DNA from: Pseudothermotoga sp.
GTDB taxonomy: Bacteria > Thermotogota > Thermotogae > Thermotogales > DSM-5069
NCBI GenBank assembly: GCA_031962025.1
Contig: JAVRKW010000005.1
DNA length: 64,000 nucleotides
Strand: one strand, 5' to 3'
Part shown: in pieces, positions 33,639 through 44,154 of the stretch
Layout of the letters: each line of letters begins with the position of its first letter
Numbering within the stretch: position 1 is the first letter of the stretch
The notes under the pieces: model-generated
Databases searched by the model: none
What the model was told of the DNA's origin: nothing
Seen by the model: only the letters and a program-made list of their open reading frames with translations
Program-made: the position numbers and the translations under genes

Positions 33639-34872
33639 TTTTATCAGAACAAGGTATCTTGCCGTTTTTGTATAGAAAGATCAAAAAATCGATCAATCTT
33701 CTGTACTTAGCCCTGTACATGATGGTATCCAGAAAGCCAGATGGAGATGAAGCATGGACGATACTGCTCAAAAGATCGTAAGTCGTGTAGATTTTCAACC
33801 TCTCGACTTTGAGAAACCTCGCCACATCTTCAAGCAATTTTCTACAAACTACCGATGATTCAGCAAAGAAAGACAGTGTTTCTAATCTCAATCTGGGTAA
33901 AATGTACTCTTGGTACTGTGACTGTGCTGGCAGATCTGGTGGCAAACGAAGTCCAAGCAATGAACCAGCTATATCTCTCTCGACTTGTCCCAATTGCATG
34001 AACATTTCCTGTATCAAATCTCTGTCATCACTGATGTAATAATTTTCACCAAAGAGTTTACCAAAATGAGCAAGGGTGTCCAGGTAACCTTCTGTCAAGT
34101 ATTTTTTTGAAACCTCTGGATCAAAGGTCATTACTGTCCCGAAATGTTCTTTTGGTCTTATGTACTCTATTTTACCCTGATTGCTGAATATCCTTATATA
34201 TTCAAGTATGTCAGCCATGCCAATTGTACCTATGTTAACTACTATGATGTTCTCATAACCTCTTTCCACAGCCATTTTAACAGGTATATTGCTGTACACA
34301 CCACCATCTACAAAAAGTCTGCCACCAATTTCCTCTCTCTTGAAAAGAGGAAAGTTAGCACTTGAGAGGATGTAATCAGCCAGCATTCCCTGTGGAATTT
34401 CCTCTATGTAAAGCATGTAGGGTTTCAACTCAGAAAGGGAATATGCAACAAGACCATAGTGCACTTTTGAAGTACGTATCTTTTCTTCAGGGAGCAGGGT
34501 TTTCATCTTTTCTCTGAGGGGGGTTATATCTATACCTCCCTCGCTTATCAATTTTTTTGCCGCATCTATCGCTTCTGGGATACTCAGATCTGTGAACCTG
34601 CCAGTTATCACTTTCTTGACATTTTCAGGTATGTCCATTACATCTTCAAAGGTGAGATTAAGCCAACTTTTCTCGGCAAACTCAATATCACCAAGTGCTA
34701 TCAAAGCACCGTTAATTGCTCCAACAGATGTACCGTAAACAGCGGCAATTTCAATTCCCATTTCATTGAGAGCTTTCCAGACACCTATCTGATAGGCTCC
34801 CCTTCCTCCTCCACCGGAAAGAACAAGCGCCACACTTGTTGCGGCAGCAAGAATGGCATTCACATCTTTCAC
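33628..34872 (-). CDS. Patatin-like phospholipase
   Basis: LVLSGGGGRGAYQIG, GTSVG, DGG. Confidence 0.92.
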   Translation of the reverse strand: MKDVNAILAAATSVALVLSGGGGRGAYQIGVWKALNEMGIEIAAVYGTSVGAINGALIALGDIEFAEKSWLNLTFEDVMDIPENVKKVITGRFTDLSIPEAIDAAKKLISEGGIDITPLREKMKTLLPEEKIRTSKVHYGLVAYSLSELKPYMLYIEEIPQGMLADYILSSANFPLFKREEIGGRLFVDGGVYSNIPVKMAVERGYENIIVVNIGTIGMADILEYIRIFSNQGKIEYIRPKEHFGTVMTFDPEVSKKYLTEGYLDTLAHFGKLFGENYYISDDRDLIQEMFMQLGQVERDIAGSLLGLRLPPDLPAQSQYQEYILPRLRLETLSFFAESSVVCRKLLEDVARFLKVERLKIYTTYDLLSSIVHASSPSGFLDTIMYRAKYRRLIDFLIFLYKNGKIPCSDKITP

Positions 34873-34906
34873 CCACCAAGATTATTATAAGCCGATCGAA
34901 AGGCTC

Positions 34907-34935
34907 TTGAAAAGAAATAGTATTTCTGATATACT
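34907..34935 (+). promoter_or_regulatory. Sigma70 promoter of tRNA-Thr(GGT)
   Basis: TTGAAA, 17 bp, TG-extended TATACT. Confidence 0.65.
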
Positions 34936-34945
34936 GACACTGTAA

Positions 34946-35022
34946 GCAGGCGTAGCTTCAAGAGGTGGAGCGCCGCCTTGGTAAGGCGGAGGGTGTGGGT
35001 TCGAGTCCCACCGCCTGCTCCA
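34946..35022 (+). tRNA. tRNA-Thr (anticodon GGT)
   Basis: Acceptor GCAGGCG/CGCCTGC, anticodon arm CCGCC-TTGGTAA-GGCGG, GGTTCGAGTCC, CCA. Confidence 0.95.
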
Positions 35023-35024
35023 TT

Positions 35025-36374
35025 TTATCTCTCCCAAACGGGTTCTCCTGAAACATAAACTGCCACGGGATCATCTTCGAGCTTGAGTGGATTTCTTTCA
35101 TAAACTGCAAAATCAGCTATGTACCCTTCTTTTATTTGACCGATATTTTCAAATCCAGCCATCTTTGCTCCCGCTACTGTATAGAGTTCGATTGCTTGAA
35201 TCAAGTTGAATCCCATTTTCAGAGCTTTTTCGATCACGTATTTTGGATCTTCCGGCGAGACAGGTGCATCGGTGGAAAAGCTGATAGCAAAGCCTTCGTT
35301 TAGAAATCTGAGAAAATCGTATTTTAAAACATCGAGGTTCTTTGGAATTCTTTTTTCAATGAGTTCTTGATCCTCAAAAGCAAAATGAGGTTGAACGCTG
35401 AAATACGTTTTTCTCAGCAAAGGTAGATCATCTTTATCAACAAGCTGTGCGTGAATTATTCTGTTGGCTGGATATCTCTGGTACACCTTGGCAACTTCGT
35501 GGACGGCGGCATCTCCAATTGCGTGGATACAGAGCTGAACTTTTTTTTGAAGGCAGATCTTTGCAAAATTTTCTATTTGCTCAGAGTCGAGCAATTTGAT
35601 GCCTCTGTACTGTGTTTCATCTGCATAAGGCACACTCAAATAAGCAGTTTTACCACCGATGGAACCATCTGCAAAGATCTTGACAGCCTTCACATAAACC
35701 CTTTCTGCCAGATCGCCGAATTCGTCAAAATCAATTAAATCCTGTACACTGGCAAAATAGAGTTTTTCAAGGACCCTGATCTTTCTATTCTTGAGTACCT
35801 TTTTCAATTGATCCCAGTTGATTCCGTGAAGATCATCGGAATGAACAAAGGTTACCCCGTGCTGGAGAAATTTCTGTTCACCTATATTGAAAAACTTTTC
35901 GTAGTTTTCATCCTTTATCTTTTCCTCAACCAGATCCAGTTCCTTTTCTCTGAAAATCCCGTCGATTTTGTGTATTCCAACGATATCCATCGCAGCTTTG
36001 TTCAGAATCGCTATGTGACCGCATCTTCTTTTCAATACAACGGGTTTATCTATCTGATCGATCAAATTTTTATCTGGATATCCACCCAGAACCTGTTCAC
36101 TCCATCCCCTTGCACGGATAACTTTATCATTACAGTTCTTTATTAGATCCAGCAACTTTTCTTGTGAATCGACCTGTTCCAGATTTAGATAACCGTATTT
36201 GTGACCGACTCCGAGTATGTGAGCATGAGAATCAACAAAACCCGGCATCAGGTACATGCCGGAAAAATCAAATACAGGTCCAGACGATTGCAAAACAAAA
36301 AACCTTCCTTTAATGTGTACGTCTTTTTTCACAAATTCACCGTTTTGATAAACAAGTGCACCTTTTAGAATCAT
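35025..36374 (-). CDS. Amidohydrolase (YtcJ/amidohydrolase_3-like)
   Basis: PGFVDSHAH, KIFADGSIG, IHAIGD, RIIHAQ, STDAPV, GYIADF. Confidence 0.9.
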   Translation of the reverse strand: MILKGALVYQNGEFVKKDVHIKGRFFVLQSSGPVFDFSGMYLMPGFVDSHAHILGVGHKYGYLNLEQVDSQEKLLDLIKNCNDKVIRARGWSEQVLGGYPDKNLIDQIDKPVVLKRRCGHIAILNKAAMDIVGIHKIDGIFREKELDLVEEKIKDENYEKFFNIGEQKFLQHGVTFVHSDDLHGINWDQLKKVLKNRKIRVLEKLYFASVQDLIDFDEFGDLAERVYVKAVKIFADGSIGGKTAYLSVPYADETQYRGIKLLDSEQIENFAKICLQKKVQLCIHAIGDAAVHEVAKVYQRYPANRIIHAQLVDKDDLPLLRKTYFSVQPHFAFEDQELIEKRIPKNLDVLKYDFLRFLNEGFAISFSTDAPVSPEDPKYVIEKALKMGFNLIQAIELYTVAGAKMAGFENIGQIKEGYIADFAVYERNPLKLEDDPVAVYVSGEPVWER

Positions 36375-36465
36375 TTTTTCACCTCACCAATGACACTATT
36401 CCAGTTCATAACCGTACCCATCAATATGGTTTTTTCAAGCCAAAGCTTATATAAGTTGTGGGTAG

Positions 36466-37491
36466 TTAGCTGGCTCTCAATAACTCGTAAACCTCGCCAT
36501 TCAAGACTGCACAACCAGCCGCTCCTCTTATCGTATTGTGAACAAGAGCTACAAATCTAAACCGCTTTTCCGATATCTGTACAAGCCTACCCACACTCAC
36601 GGACATTCCATTGCCCAGGTTTCTGTGCAACTTTGGCTGTGGTGATTTTTGATCAGTCAGGTAAATCAAAGGTCTTTCGGGAGCCGTTGGAAGGTTCATG
36701 TTCTTTAAAGGTTGAAAGTCTTCAAAACTATTAATGATATTGTCGACATCTGCTTGCAGACATGTTTCTATAAATACCGAGAGCATGTGACCATCCTGAA
36801 CTGGCACTCTATTACACTGAGCCTGTATATCAAAATCAGCCAGTTCGATGTGATTGTGTTTCAAGTCACCTAAGATCTTTCTTGATTCGATCATGATCTT
36901 TTCCTCTTCATTTTTTATGTAGGGTATGACATTGTCCAGGATATCCAAAGATGCTACACCGGGATAGCCTGCGCCCGAAATGGCTTGCATTGTCACAACC
37001 TGCACCTGTCTTATACCGAATCGATCCATTATCGGCTTGAGTGCCATCACAAGTCCTATTGTCGAACAGTTTGGGTTTGTGATGATTTTGCCTGGTGTCG
37101 TTTGGTGATCTATCAAATCCAGATGATTGAGATTGACTTCTGGTACTATCAGCGGAACATTTTGATCCATCCTGTGGCTTGCCGCGTTTGAAAATACCAC
37201 GTAGCCAGATTTGATGAATTCATCTTCTATCGGTCCTGCCATGTCAGATGGAAGTGCTGAAAAGACATAGTCACAGTCGAAACCAGGTTCGCACTTTTGT
37301 ACCTGCATCTGGCAAACTTCATCGGGAATCGGTGTATCCAGATGCCATTGTACAGCCTGTGAATATCGTTTACCAGCGGAGTTATCCGAAGCTGCAAGTA
37401 CTGAAATTTTAAAAAATGGGTGATCTGAAAGAAGTTGAACAAATCTTTGTCCAACAAGACCTGTAGCACCAAGAATGGCAACCTTTCTCAC
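36466..37491 (-). CDS. asd: Aspartate-semialdehyde dehydrogenase (archaeal/fungal-like type)
   Basis: LGATGLVGQRF, SNAASHRM, PEVN, NPNCST, QAISGAG, HNTIRGAAG; GTG start after AAGGAGG. Confidence 0.94.
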   Translation of the reverse strand: MRKVAILGATGLVGQRFVQLLSDHPFFKISVLAASDNSAGKRYSQAVQWHLDTPIPDEVCQMQVQKCEPGFDCDYVFSALPSDMAGPIEDEFIKSGYVVFSNAASHRMDQNVPLIVPEVNLNHLDLIDHQTTPGKIITNPNCSTIGLVMALKPIMDRFGIRQVQVVTMQAISGAGYPGVASLDILDNVIPYIKNEEEKIMIESRKILGDLKHNHIELADFDIQAQCNRVPVQDGHMLSVFIETCLQADVDNIINSFEDFQPLKNMNLPTAPERPLIYLTDQKSPQPKLHRNLGNGMSVSVGRLVQISEKRFRFVALVHNTIRGAAGCAVLNGEVYELLRAS

Positions 37492-37495
37492 GGTG

Positions 37496-38443
37496 CTAAC
37501 CTCCTTTGCCATAAACAGCCTCTATCAAAGCCCTTGTTGACTGTCCTCTGCCCATTGTGAAAATGTGTATACCGGGAACACCAAAACAGAGTAATTTTTC
37601 CACGAGTTTTGCCATGTATCTGATCCCAGTTTCAAATTCTTCCTTGGCTGTACGTGCCTGCTGCATTTGTATCAAAAACGACTGAGGTATGTTGACAAAG
37701 AACTTTTTTGGAATACTGTAGATCGATTTCAAATTCACAACTGGTTTTATTCCGGGAATTATAGGCACATCTATACCCTTTTCGCGAGCCATTTCCAAAA
37801 AAATTCTGTACACATCAAAATCAAAAACCATCTGAGTGATGACGTAATTTGCCCCTGCATCGATCTTTTCTTTTAGATACTTGAGATCTTCCTGTATATT
37901 TGGAGACTCAAAGTGTTTTTCTGGATAGCCGGCAACGCCTATGCAAAAATTGGTGGGTTGAGCGTTTTCACATGGGTATAGATATTCTCCGCGGTTCATC
38001 TTTGAAATTTGATTGACCAGTTCAACTGCATGTCTGTAGGTATCCTTTTCTTCCAAGTCGGGTTCGTTTTCGTACTCACCACGGATGACAAAAACATTTT
38101 CTACTCCAATCAGATGAAGATCTATCAGCATATCTTCTATCTGGTATTTGTTCATTCCATAACACAGCACATGCGGAACAACATCTATTTTGTATCTGTT
38201 CATGAGTGCGGCTGTAAGTCCAACAGTTCCAGGTCTTTTGACTTTTGGTACTTTGATTATCCTATCTGGCAGTTCCACATATGTCATTTCCGGTGCATGT
38301 CTTGTGACATTGATGAAGTTGATCGGAAAAGCCATCAAATTGTCCAAAACATGGAATATCTCATCTATACTCTGCCCTCTGTTTGGAGGTAGAATTTCTA
38401 TCGAAAGAATCTGAGTTTCTTTTATCTTCTCAGTTACTTTCAT
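37496..38443 (-). CDS. metF: Methylenetetrahydrofolate reductase
   Basis: SIEILPP, VVPHVLC, IGVAGYPEKH, KIDAGA..VITQM.FD, GIHIFTM. Confidence 0.92.
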   Translation of the reverse strand: MKVTEKIKETQILSIEILPPNRGQSIDEIFHVLDNLMAFPINFINVTRHAPEMTYVELPDRIIKVPKVKRPGTVGLTAALMNRYKIDVVPHVLCYGMNKYQIEDMLIDLHLIGVENVFVIRGEYENEPDLEEKDTYRHAVELVNQISKMNRGEYLYPCENAQPTNFCIGVAGYPEKHFESPNIQEDLKYLKEKIDAGANYVITQMVFDFDVYRIFLEMAREKGIDVPIIPGIKPVVNLKSIYSIPKKFFVNIPQSFLIQMQQARTAKEEFETGIRYMAKLVEKLLCFGVPGIHIFTMGRGQSTRALIEAVYGKGG

Positions 38444-39179
38444 CTTCATCACCTATTTCGGCTGTAAAAATCAGTTCGTGTTTACCCACTACGCCCAGTA
38501 TATCCCGATAAACAACCAGAGTGGTCTGTACATACTCGTTCAGGGCTGACTCAAGTAATTTTTCAACATCCTCTTTGACCTTCACCATATTGCAGTAAGC
38601 AGTTGCGAAGGCATCGGCAAAGGTCGCATTTTCACATACGACGGTCACGGCATCGGCTTTCCCAAAACTGATTGAATGTCCCACAGTGCCTGAAGAAGTG
38701 CAAACACCCCAGCTTCCAGGTGGTATCTTAAGACCGATTTTTTGCGAAAGTGGAGAAGTGCCCGCGTAAATACAAACAGTCACAGGCTGTATGTTTTTTA
38801 TGAATATATCTCCACCATTCTCCACCAGAACTTCACGACAGTCGAACTTTTCAAGCAGAAATTTTCCCACCTCGTCTGCAAAAGCCCCAGCGACTGCCGC
38901 CATAGGACCGACACCGGCACATTCAGCCGCTTTTGCCATCTTCTTTGCTATTTCTGGACTGTGAGATGGCAACTTTATCGGCTCAAAAGACAGAAGAAAG
39001 TTCTCGTTTTCTCTGATATAACCGCGCAATTGTTCATGCAACTGGATGATCATCTTGTACACTTCATCCACCATTTCTTTTTCAAAATTATCCACACCGA
39101 TCCACAGATCGGTCTCCATAAAGGTTATATTGAAACTTTGAAACCTTTTGCTGTGTAAGTTTCTGTAAAATCTATTCAT
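38430..39179 (-). CDS. UPF0280/ApbE-like protein (MA1715-like)
   Basis: ETDL, VGPMAAVAGA, VENGGDI, GVCTSSGTVGHSISFGKADAV, ADAFATA. Confidence 0.9.
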   Translation of the reverse strand: MNRFYRNLHSKRFQSFNITFMETDLWIGVDNFEKEMVDEVYKMIIQLHEQLRGYIRENENFLLSFEPIKLPSHSPEIAKKMAKAAECAGVGPMAAVAGAFADEVGKFLLEKFDCREVLVENGGDIFIKNIQPVTVCIYAGTSPLSQKIGLKIPPGSWGVCTSSGTVGHSISFGKADAVTVVCENATFADAFATAYCNMVKVKEDVEKLLESALNEYVQTTLVVYRDILGVVGKHELIFTAEIGDEDESN

Positions 39180-40497
39180 CTGGAGGAAGTTTCACTCCCA
39201 CCGGACATACATCAGAACATTCTCCGCAAGCCACACATTTATCGGCGATGAACGTGAATTTTCCATCGATTAGCATCAGAGCATCAAAAGAACATACACT
39301 CACACACAGACCGCAATCAACGCAAGTTGGTTTTTCTCGTACGAAGCTCTCACCCTGTGTTCTTTCAACAAGTCCTTTGATGCTTTGCTGTTGGTCGAAC
39401 AATTTAACAGGTTGGGTGAGTAGGAATTCACCCTCACTTATCCATTTTTTCAGAACAGAGGCTATTTCTCGAGCCATAGAAAGGCTGGATATCGAAGAAG
39501 TTTTTACTTTTTTCCCGTTGATCTCAATCCATCCGGATCTTAACTGTGCATAATTCACATGGCAGATGACGGGTTTACCTGATTTACCATAGTCTCTCAA
39601 CTCTGTCTCGATCTCTTCATTTGATCGTGAAACATGATAGGCAATTTCCTCATTCAAAACCGGTATGGGCACGCCTATGCCCACAAAAAGCGTCACACCA
39701 TAATTTTTGAAATACGCCGCCTTCAGATACCTTGTGCTCATTTTCTTGGCATCTCCGATTACTGCAAGAGTCCTTGCCGCACTGATTGGAATTTGGTGAT
39801 CATTCACTTTCACATCATTTCTAAACTGGGTTCCTGTCCAGACTATATAACCTTCTGTGCCACACAAAAAGATCCTTGTCCCAAGACCTATCGTGAGCAT
39901 TTTTGGATCCTTCAAAAGTGGACTCAATTCACCAGAAGTCGAGTAAGTCACATTGCCGTAATTTGGGAGTAGCTTTCCCATGTAAGTGTAGATGGTTTTT
40001 TCAGAGCTGTTTGTTGCGGCTGCGTAATTCTGATAAGCATTTCTCGGATTGAACAGGAAAAAGTCGTTTATCATCTGCTTGTTTACGTACCCTTCAAAAT
40101 ACTTTCTTGGATAACAATCAGTACCTTTACCAGACGCCTTCAGATATAAATCCTTCCCGTCGATCAGAGCTTCGATTATATGAGCTCCGCCAAAGCTCTT
40201 GTCGTTTTTTGATTCCTGCGTGGCTCCTATATACCCGTCAACAGCGGCAAGACCTCCATAAACTTCAACTCCAGATAGATCAATCTGCTCCATTCTCATC
40301 GGCGCAGATGTGTGCCCGAAATTGATGAAAGCACCACTTGAACACATGGGGGCAAAGGTTGCGGTGGTCACAACATCTACCGTCTGTGCGATCTGTTTTG
40401 GACTGGAGCTCTTTGCAAGCTGAACCACTTCCTCAGCCGTCAGAACCACCGCTTTACCGCTTTTTATTTTTTCATTGATTTGTTCAATAGTTTTCAT
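39172..40497 (-). CDS. Homocysteine biosynthesis protein (DUF39, aspartate-semialdehyde sulfurtransferase, MA1821-like) fused to a 2x[4Fe-4S] ferredoxin
   Basis: KTIEQINEKI..GKAVVLTAEE, VDVVTTATFAPMCSSGA, GTDCYPR, NPRNAYQNY, GELSPL.DP, GVPIP; C-terminal CVDCGLCVSVC and CVACGECSDVCP. Confidence 0.88.
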   Translation of the reverse strand: MKTIEQINEKIKSGKAVVLTAEEVVQLAKSSSPKQIAQTVDVVTTATFAPMCSSGAFINFGHTSAPMRMEQIDLSGVEVYGGLAAVDGYIGATQESKNDKSFGGAHIIEALIDGKDLYLKASGKGTDCYPRKYFEGYVNKQMINDFFLFNPRNAYQNYAAATNSSEKTIYTYMGKLLPNYGNVTYSTSGELSPLLKDPKMLTIGLGTRIFLCGTEGYIVWTGTQFRNDVKVNDHQIPISAARTLAVIGDAKKMSTRYLKAAYFKNYGVTLFVGIGVPIPVLNEEIAYHVSRSNEEIETELRDYGKSGKPVICHVNYAQLRSGWIEINGKKVKTSSISSLSMAREIASVLKKWISEGEFLLTQPVKLFDQQQSIKGLVERTQGESFVREKPTCVDCGLCVSVCSFDALMLIDGKFTFIADKCVACGECSDVCPVGVKLPPDE

Positions 40498-41839
40498 CGT
40501 TCTCACTCTCCTTGAAAAATTCTTCGTGAATAGCTCTCAAAGCTCTATCTCTATCGGTTATCTTCACTATGAAGTATATGGTCACTTCTGATGCTCCCGC
40601 GGAAATCATCTCGACATTTATATGCTCTTTTGAGACGGCAGTGAATATCCTTGCGGCAATACCGTGTTTTTTCAAAAGTCCATCTCCAACAGCTGCTATC
40701 AGAGATATCTGTGTTTTGTAGTAGATGTCCTCCACTTCTGCTATCCGCATCTTTGAAACTATTTTTTTGCATTTTTCCAGATCTTGTTTTGATATCAGAA
40801 CATTTATGCTGGTTTGAGAAGTCACAACAGATTTGATATTCACCCCTTCATTACCAAAGGTGGATGCGATTTGACCAAGCAATCCAGGGACTCGTCCAAC
40901 ATTGGTACCTTTGAACTGTATCACAGCAATATCGTCTGTGAAGGATATACTTTTAATTGTCGTTTTCACAACAGAATCGTTGAAAGAAATAACCGTATCA
41001 GGTTCATCAATTGACTTAAAACAGTTTATATTGAATATGTAAAGTGGGATGTTCTTCTTGCGTACAGGATCAACCGCTGCATGGTGCAGGATCCTGGCGC
41101 CAAAGTAAGAAAGCTCGGCGGCTTCGTCGTAATTCAATTTTCTAACTGGCTTGACCTTTTCAACGTATTTTGGATCACAGGTCATAAAACCAGATACATC
41201 TTTATACAGGTCGACTCTCTGTGCATCCAGGCAGTATGCTATCGATGTTGCTGAATAATCGCTTCCACCACGACCAAGAATTGTTATTTGATTTTCGTAA
41301 ATGCCGTAAAATCCCGGAACAACATAATTTTCACTGTGTTTGAAAAATTTCTTGAGATTGACTTCTGAGCTATCCAGATCTACAGAGGCGTTTTTGAATT
41401 TTCCGTCTGTCACCAACCCAAATTCTTCTGGAAGTGCTTCCTTGCACTGTATATTGTTTTTTTGAAAAAAGTGAGTTAGAAGCAGTGAAGAACATCTTTC
41501 TCCATGACTGACCAAACGATCGTATACAAAATCAGGAACTTTTCCTATCAATTTCACCCCCAAAAGAAGTTCCTTTATCTGATATACTCTTTCTTTCAAT
41601 TGAAAATCTTCTTCATCCAGAAAACTTCTGTAAGTTGAATAGAGTTCTTCAAGGAAATCTTCTACGTTGAGATCTTCGATGTTGTTCAAAGCGTCTATCA
41701 ATTTATTTGTAACGCCATTCACGGCAGAAACAACCACGATGAAAGGTTCTCTATACATACTCACAACTTTGAGTATTTTCTGCAAATCTGATTTGTTTTT
41801 CAAGTTAGACCCACCGAATTTGAGGACAACCACCTTCAT
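40484..41839 (-). CDS. Aspartokinase with two ACT domains
   Basis: KFGGS, VVSA, GERCS, LGRGGSDYSA, DVSG..TCDP, EAAELSYFGARILH. Confidence 0.94.
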   Translation of the reverse strand: MKVVVLKFGGSNLKNKSDLQKILKVVSMYREPFIVVVSAVNGVTNKLIDALNNIEDLNVEDFLEELYSTYRSFLDEEDFQLKERVYQIKELLLGVKLIGKVPDFVYDRLVSHGERCSSLLLTHFFQKNNIQCKEALPEEFGLVTDGKFKNASVDLDSSEVNLKKFFKHSENYVVPGFYGIYENQITILGRGGSDYSATSIAYCLDAQRVDLYKDVSGFMTCDPKYVEKVKPVRKLNYDEAAELSYFGARILHHAAVDPVRKKNIPLYIFNINCFKSIDEPDTVISFNDSVVKTTIKSISFTDDIAVIQFKGTNVGRVPGLLGQIASTFGNEGVNIKSVVTSQTSINVLISKQDLEKCKKIVSKMRIAEVEDIYYKTQISLIAAVGDGLLKKHGIAARIFTAVSKEHINVEMISAGASEVTIYFIVKITDRDRALRAIHEEFFKESENDENY

Positions 41840-44154
41840 CCCGCACCTCCCTTCACGAGTTTTTTGCACAGTTCCAGCGCCTGAACGGCGTCCTTAGCAT
41901 ACATAACACCAAATCGATCGGCAAGTTGCTGGTTCATGGACGCTCCTCCAGCCAGCAGAAAAACGTTGATGTTTTCCGATCTCAACAGATCTGCAACTTC
42001 TTTCACCTGACCGACAGTCGTGGTCATCATGGCAGAAAGCCCGACTATGTCCGGTTTGTATTTTTTACATTCCATCAAGATTCTTTCGGCTGACACATCC
42101 TTCCCCAGATCGTTTACCTCAAACCCACCACTTCTCAGAACTGTCGCAACGATCTTCTTACCAATATCGTGTATATCTCCCTGGACAGTTGCAAGAAGCA
42201 CCTTTCCGAGTTTGATCTGTGATTCACCGAGCAGGTTGTTCAAGTAATCAAAAGCAGGTTGCACCGTTTCTGCAGCCAAAATCAGATGCGGTAAGTAAAT
42301 ACTTCCATTCGCATAAAGCATTCCTATCTTTTTCATCGCTTCCGCAAGAATTTGCTGGCTGATGTATAAAGGATCATGCTGCTTTAAAAGTTCCTGGACG
42401 ATGCTCATCAATTGTTCTTTCTGTCCTTTAATGATGAGATCCACCAGTGGGTCCTGTGGAACATCAGAAGGTCTCACGAGTTCTTTTCCCTGTAAAGAAA
42501 GAGCACCCTGCAAGATATTCATCGTGAGAATTTCTTTGCTGTTGAGTATGGCGGCACTCAAACCATTTTCAATGCAAAGTGCGAGAAAGGCGGCGTTTAT
42601 GTATTCTCTATTCGGCATGCCAAAACTCAAATTTGAAAGACCAATTGAAGACTTCAAACCAGCTTTGTGAATGAGATTTATCGTTTCCAGGGTCGTGTGA
42701 TAATCGTTTTTTGCCCCTATAGGTAAAACAAGTGGATCAAAATAAACCCGATCAAGTTCCACTTTGTGCTCTTGGAGAATTTTCACGGCTTTCAGTACCA
42801 GTTGAAATCTTTCCTGTGCTGTTTTTGGCACATCCTTTTCCATGGCAAGTACTATTAACAACCCACCGTATCTTTTCAGTAGATTTATCCTCTCTATTAG
42901 ATGATCCTGCCTTGCAAAAGCAGAGTTGATCAACCCTCTACCGACGTATTCTCTCATTGCAGCATCAAGGAAGTTGAGATTTTGTATATCAAAGGAGACT
43001 GGTAAACAGGAGTGTCTGTCCAGTTGAATAATCGCCTGCTGAAAATGTTCTTTGCTCAAGAGTTTTTCGATACCGAAATTGACATCTATTGCCGTACAGC
43101 CTTCTTCTTCCTGCTGGTGAGCAAGAGTCAAAACGCCGGAAAAATCCTTCTGCTGGATCTGAGCCTGGAGTTTTTTCTTCCCGCTTGCGTTTATTCTTTC
43201 TCCTATTATAAGAAAGGGGTCTATCGGTTTTAAAATAGTCCTGGAAGAAAGATACTGAACATTGGTTACTTCTCTTTTCTTGGGCTTTTGTGTTCCTATA
43301 TACCTGGTCATGACTTTTATGTGATCTGGACCGGTGCCACAGCAACCGCCGACGATATTGGCACCAAGTTGAACAAAGTCTGCCATGTAAATTGCAAATT
43401 CCTCTGGAGTGGTTCTGTAAGAAAGCTTTCCATTTTCCAAAACAGGCTTTCCTGCATTCGGCTCAACGCTCAGAGGTTTTTTGCAGTATTTGGCGAGCTT
43501 CGAAAAAACTGAAAGCATTTGTTTTGGTTCAAGTGAGCAGTTTATGCCGACCACATCGACATCGAGATCGTTCATGAGTGTAGCGAAAATTTCAACAGAC
43601 GTTCCTGTGACGGATTTTCCATCTTCCTCAAAGGTCATGTGTGCAATCAACGGGATATCATCTGACAGATCTCTTACAGCAAGTATGGCGGCTTTGAGTT
43701 CTTTCAAATCGGACATAGTTTCAATGATGATCCCATCCACACCTGCCTCAATGAGAACCGACGCCTGCTCTTTGAAAGTTTCATAAGCCTGATCGAAGCT
43801 GATCTCACCAAAAGGTTCAACAAAACTGCCTGTTGATGATATGTCTCCAAAAACAAGCCGTCCTGCGGACACCGATTTTGCTATTTGAACTGCCCTGTGA
43901 TTTATTTTCTCAAACTCTGTTTCAAAACCGTGTGCTTTCAATTTCATCCTGTTGGCACTGAAAGTATTCGTGAGCAAAATGTCTGCACCGGCTTGAATGT
44001 AATCGCGTTGAAGTTTTTCAACGACCTCTGGTTTGCTTATGTTCAGTAATTCTATTAGTTCCCTGAAACCTCTTTTGAAAAATTCCGTGCCATAAGCACC
44101 GTCTAAAAACAAAACTCTTTCATTTAACATCTGAAGAAATTCATTTCTTTTCAT
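41836..44154 (-). CDS. metH: Cobalamin-dependent methionine synthase (Hcy-, folate- and B12-binding domains; split type)
   Basis: DGAYGT, ETMSD, GINC, GGCCGTGP, IGERIN, GLSNLSFG, GDIHDIGK, LSAMMTTT. Confidence 0.95.
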   Translation of the reverse strand: MKRNEFLQMLNERVLFLDGAYGTEFFKRGFRELIELLNISKPEVVEKLQRDYIQAGADILLTNTFSANRMKLKAHGFETEFEKINHRAVQIAKSVSAGRLVFGDISSTGSFVEPFGEISFDQAYETFKEQASVLIEAGVDGIIIETMSDLKELKAAILAVRDLSDDIPLIAHMTFEEDGKSVTGTSVEIFATLMNDLDVDVVGINCSLEPKQMLSVFSKLAKYCKKPLSVEPNAGKPVLENGKLSYRTTPEEFAIYMADFVQLGANIVGGCCGTGPDHIKVMTRYIGTQKPKKREVTNVQYLSSRTILKPIDPFLIIGERINASGKKKLQAQIQQKDFSGVLTLAHQQEEEGCTAIDVNFGIEKLLSKEHFQQAIIQLDRHSCLPVSFDIQNLNFLDAAMREYVGRGLINSAFARQDHLIERINLLKRYGGLLIVLAMEKDVPKTAQERFQLVLKAVKILQEHKVELDRVYFDPLVLPIGAKNDYHTTLETINLIHKAGLKSSIGLSNLSFGMPNREYINAAFLALCIENGLSAAILNSKEILTMNILQGALSLQGKELVRPSDVPQDPLVDLIIKGQKEQLMSIVQELLKQHDPLYISQQILAEAMKKIGMLYANGSIYLPHLILAAETVQPAFDYLNNLLGESQIKLGKVLLATVQGDIHDIGKKIVATVLRSGGFEVNDLGKDVSAERILMECKKYKPDIVGLSAMMTTTVGQVKEVADLLRSENINVFLLAGGASMNQQLADRFGVMYAKDAVQALELCKKLVKGGAG

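Noticed and set aside
28564..35022. Genomic island bounded by two tRNA-Thr genes
   Set aside because: They are different isoacceptors, each complete with its own promoter. The region between holds core genes (tilS, ftsH) and has no integrase or duplicated tRNA 3' end.
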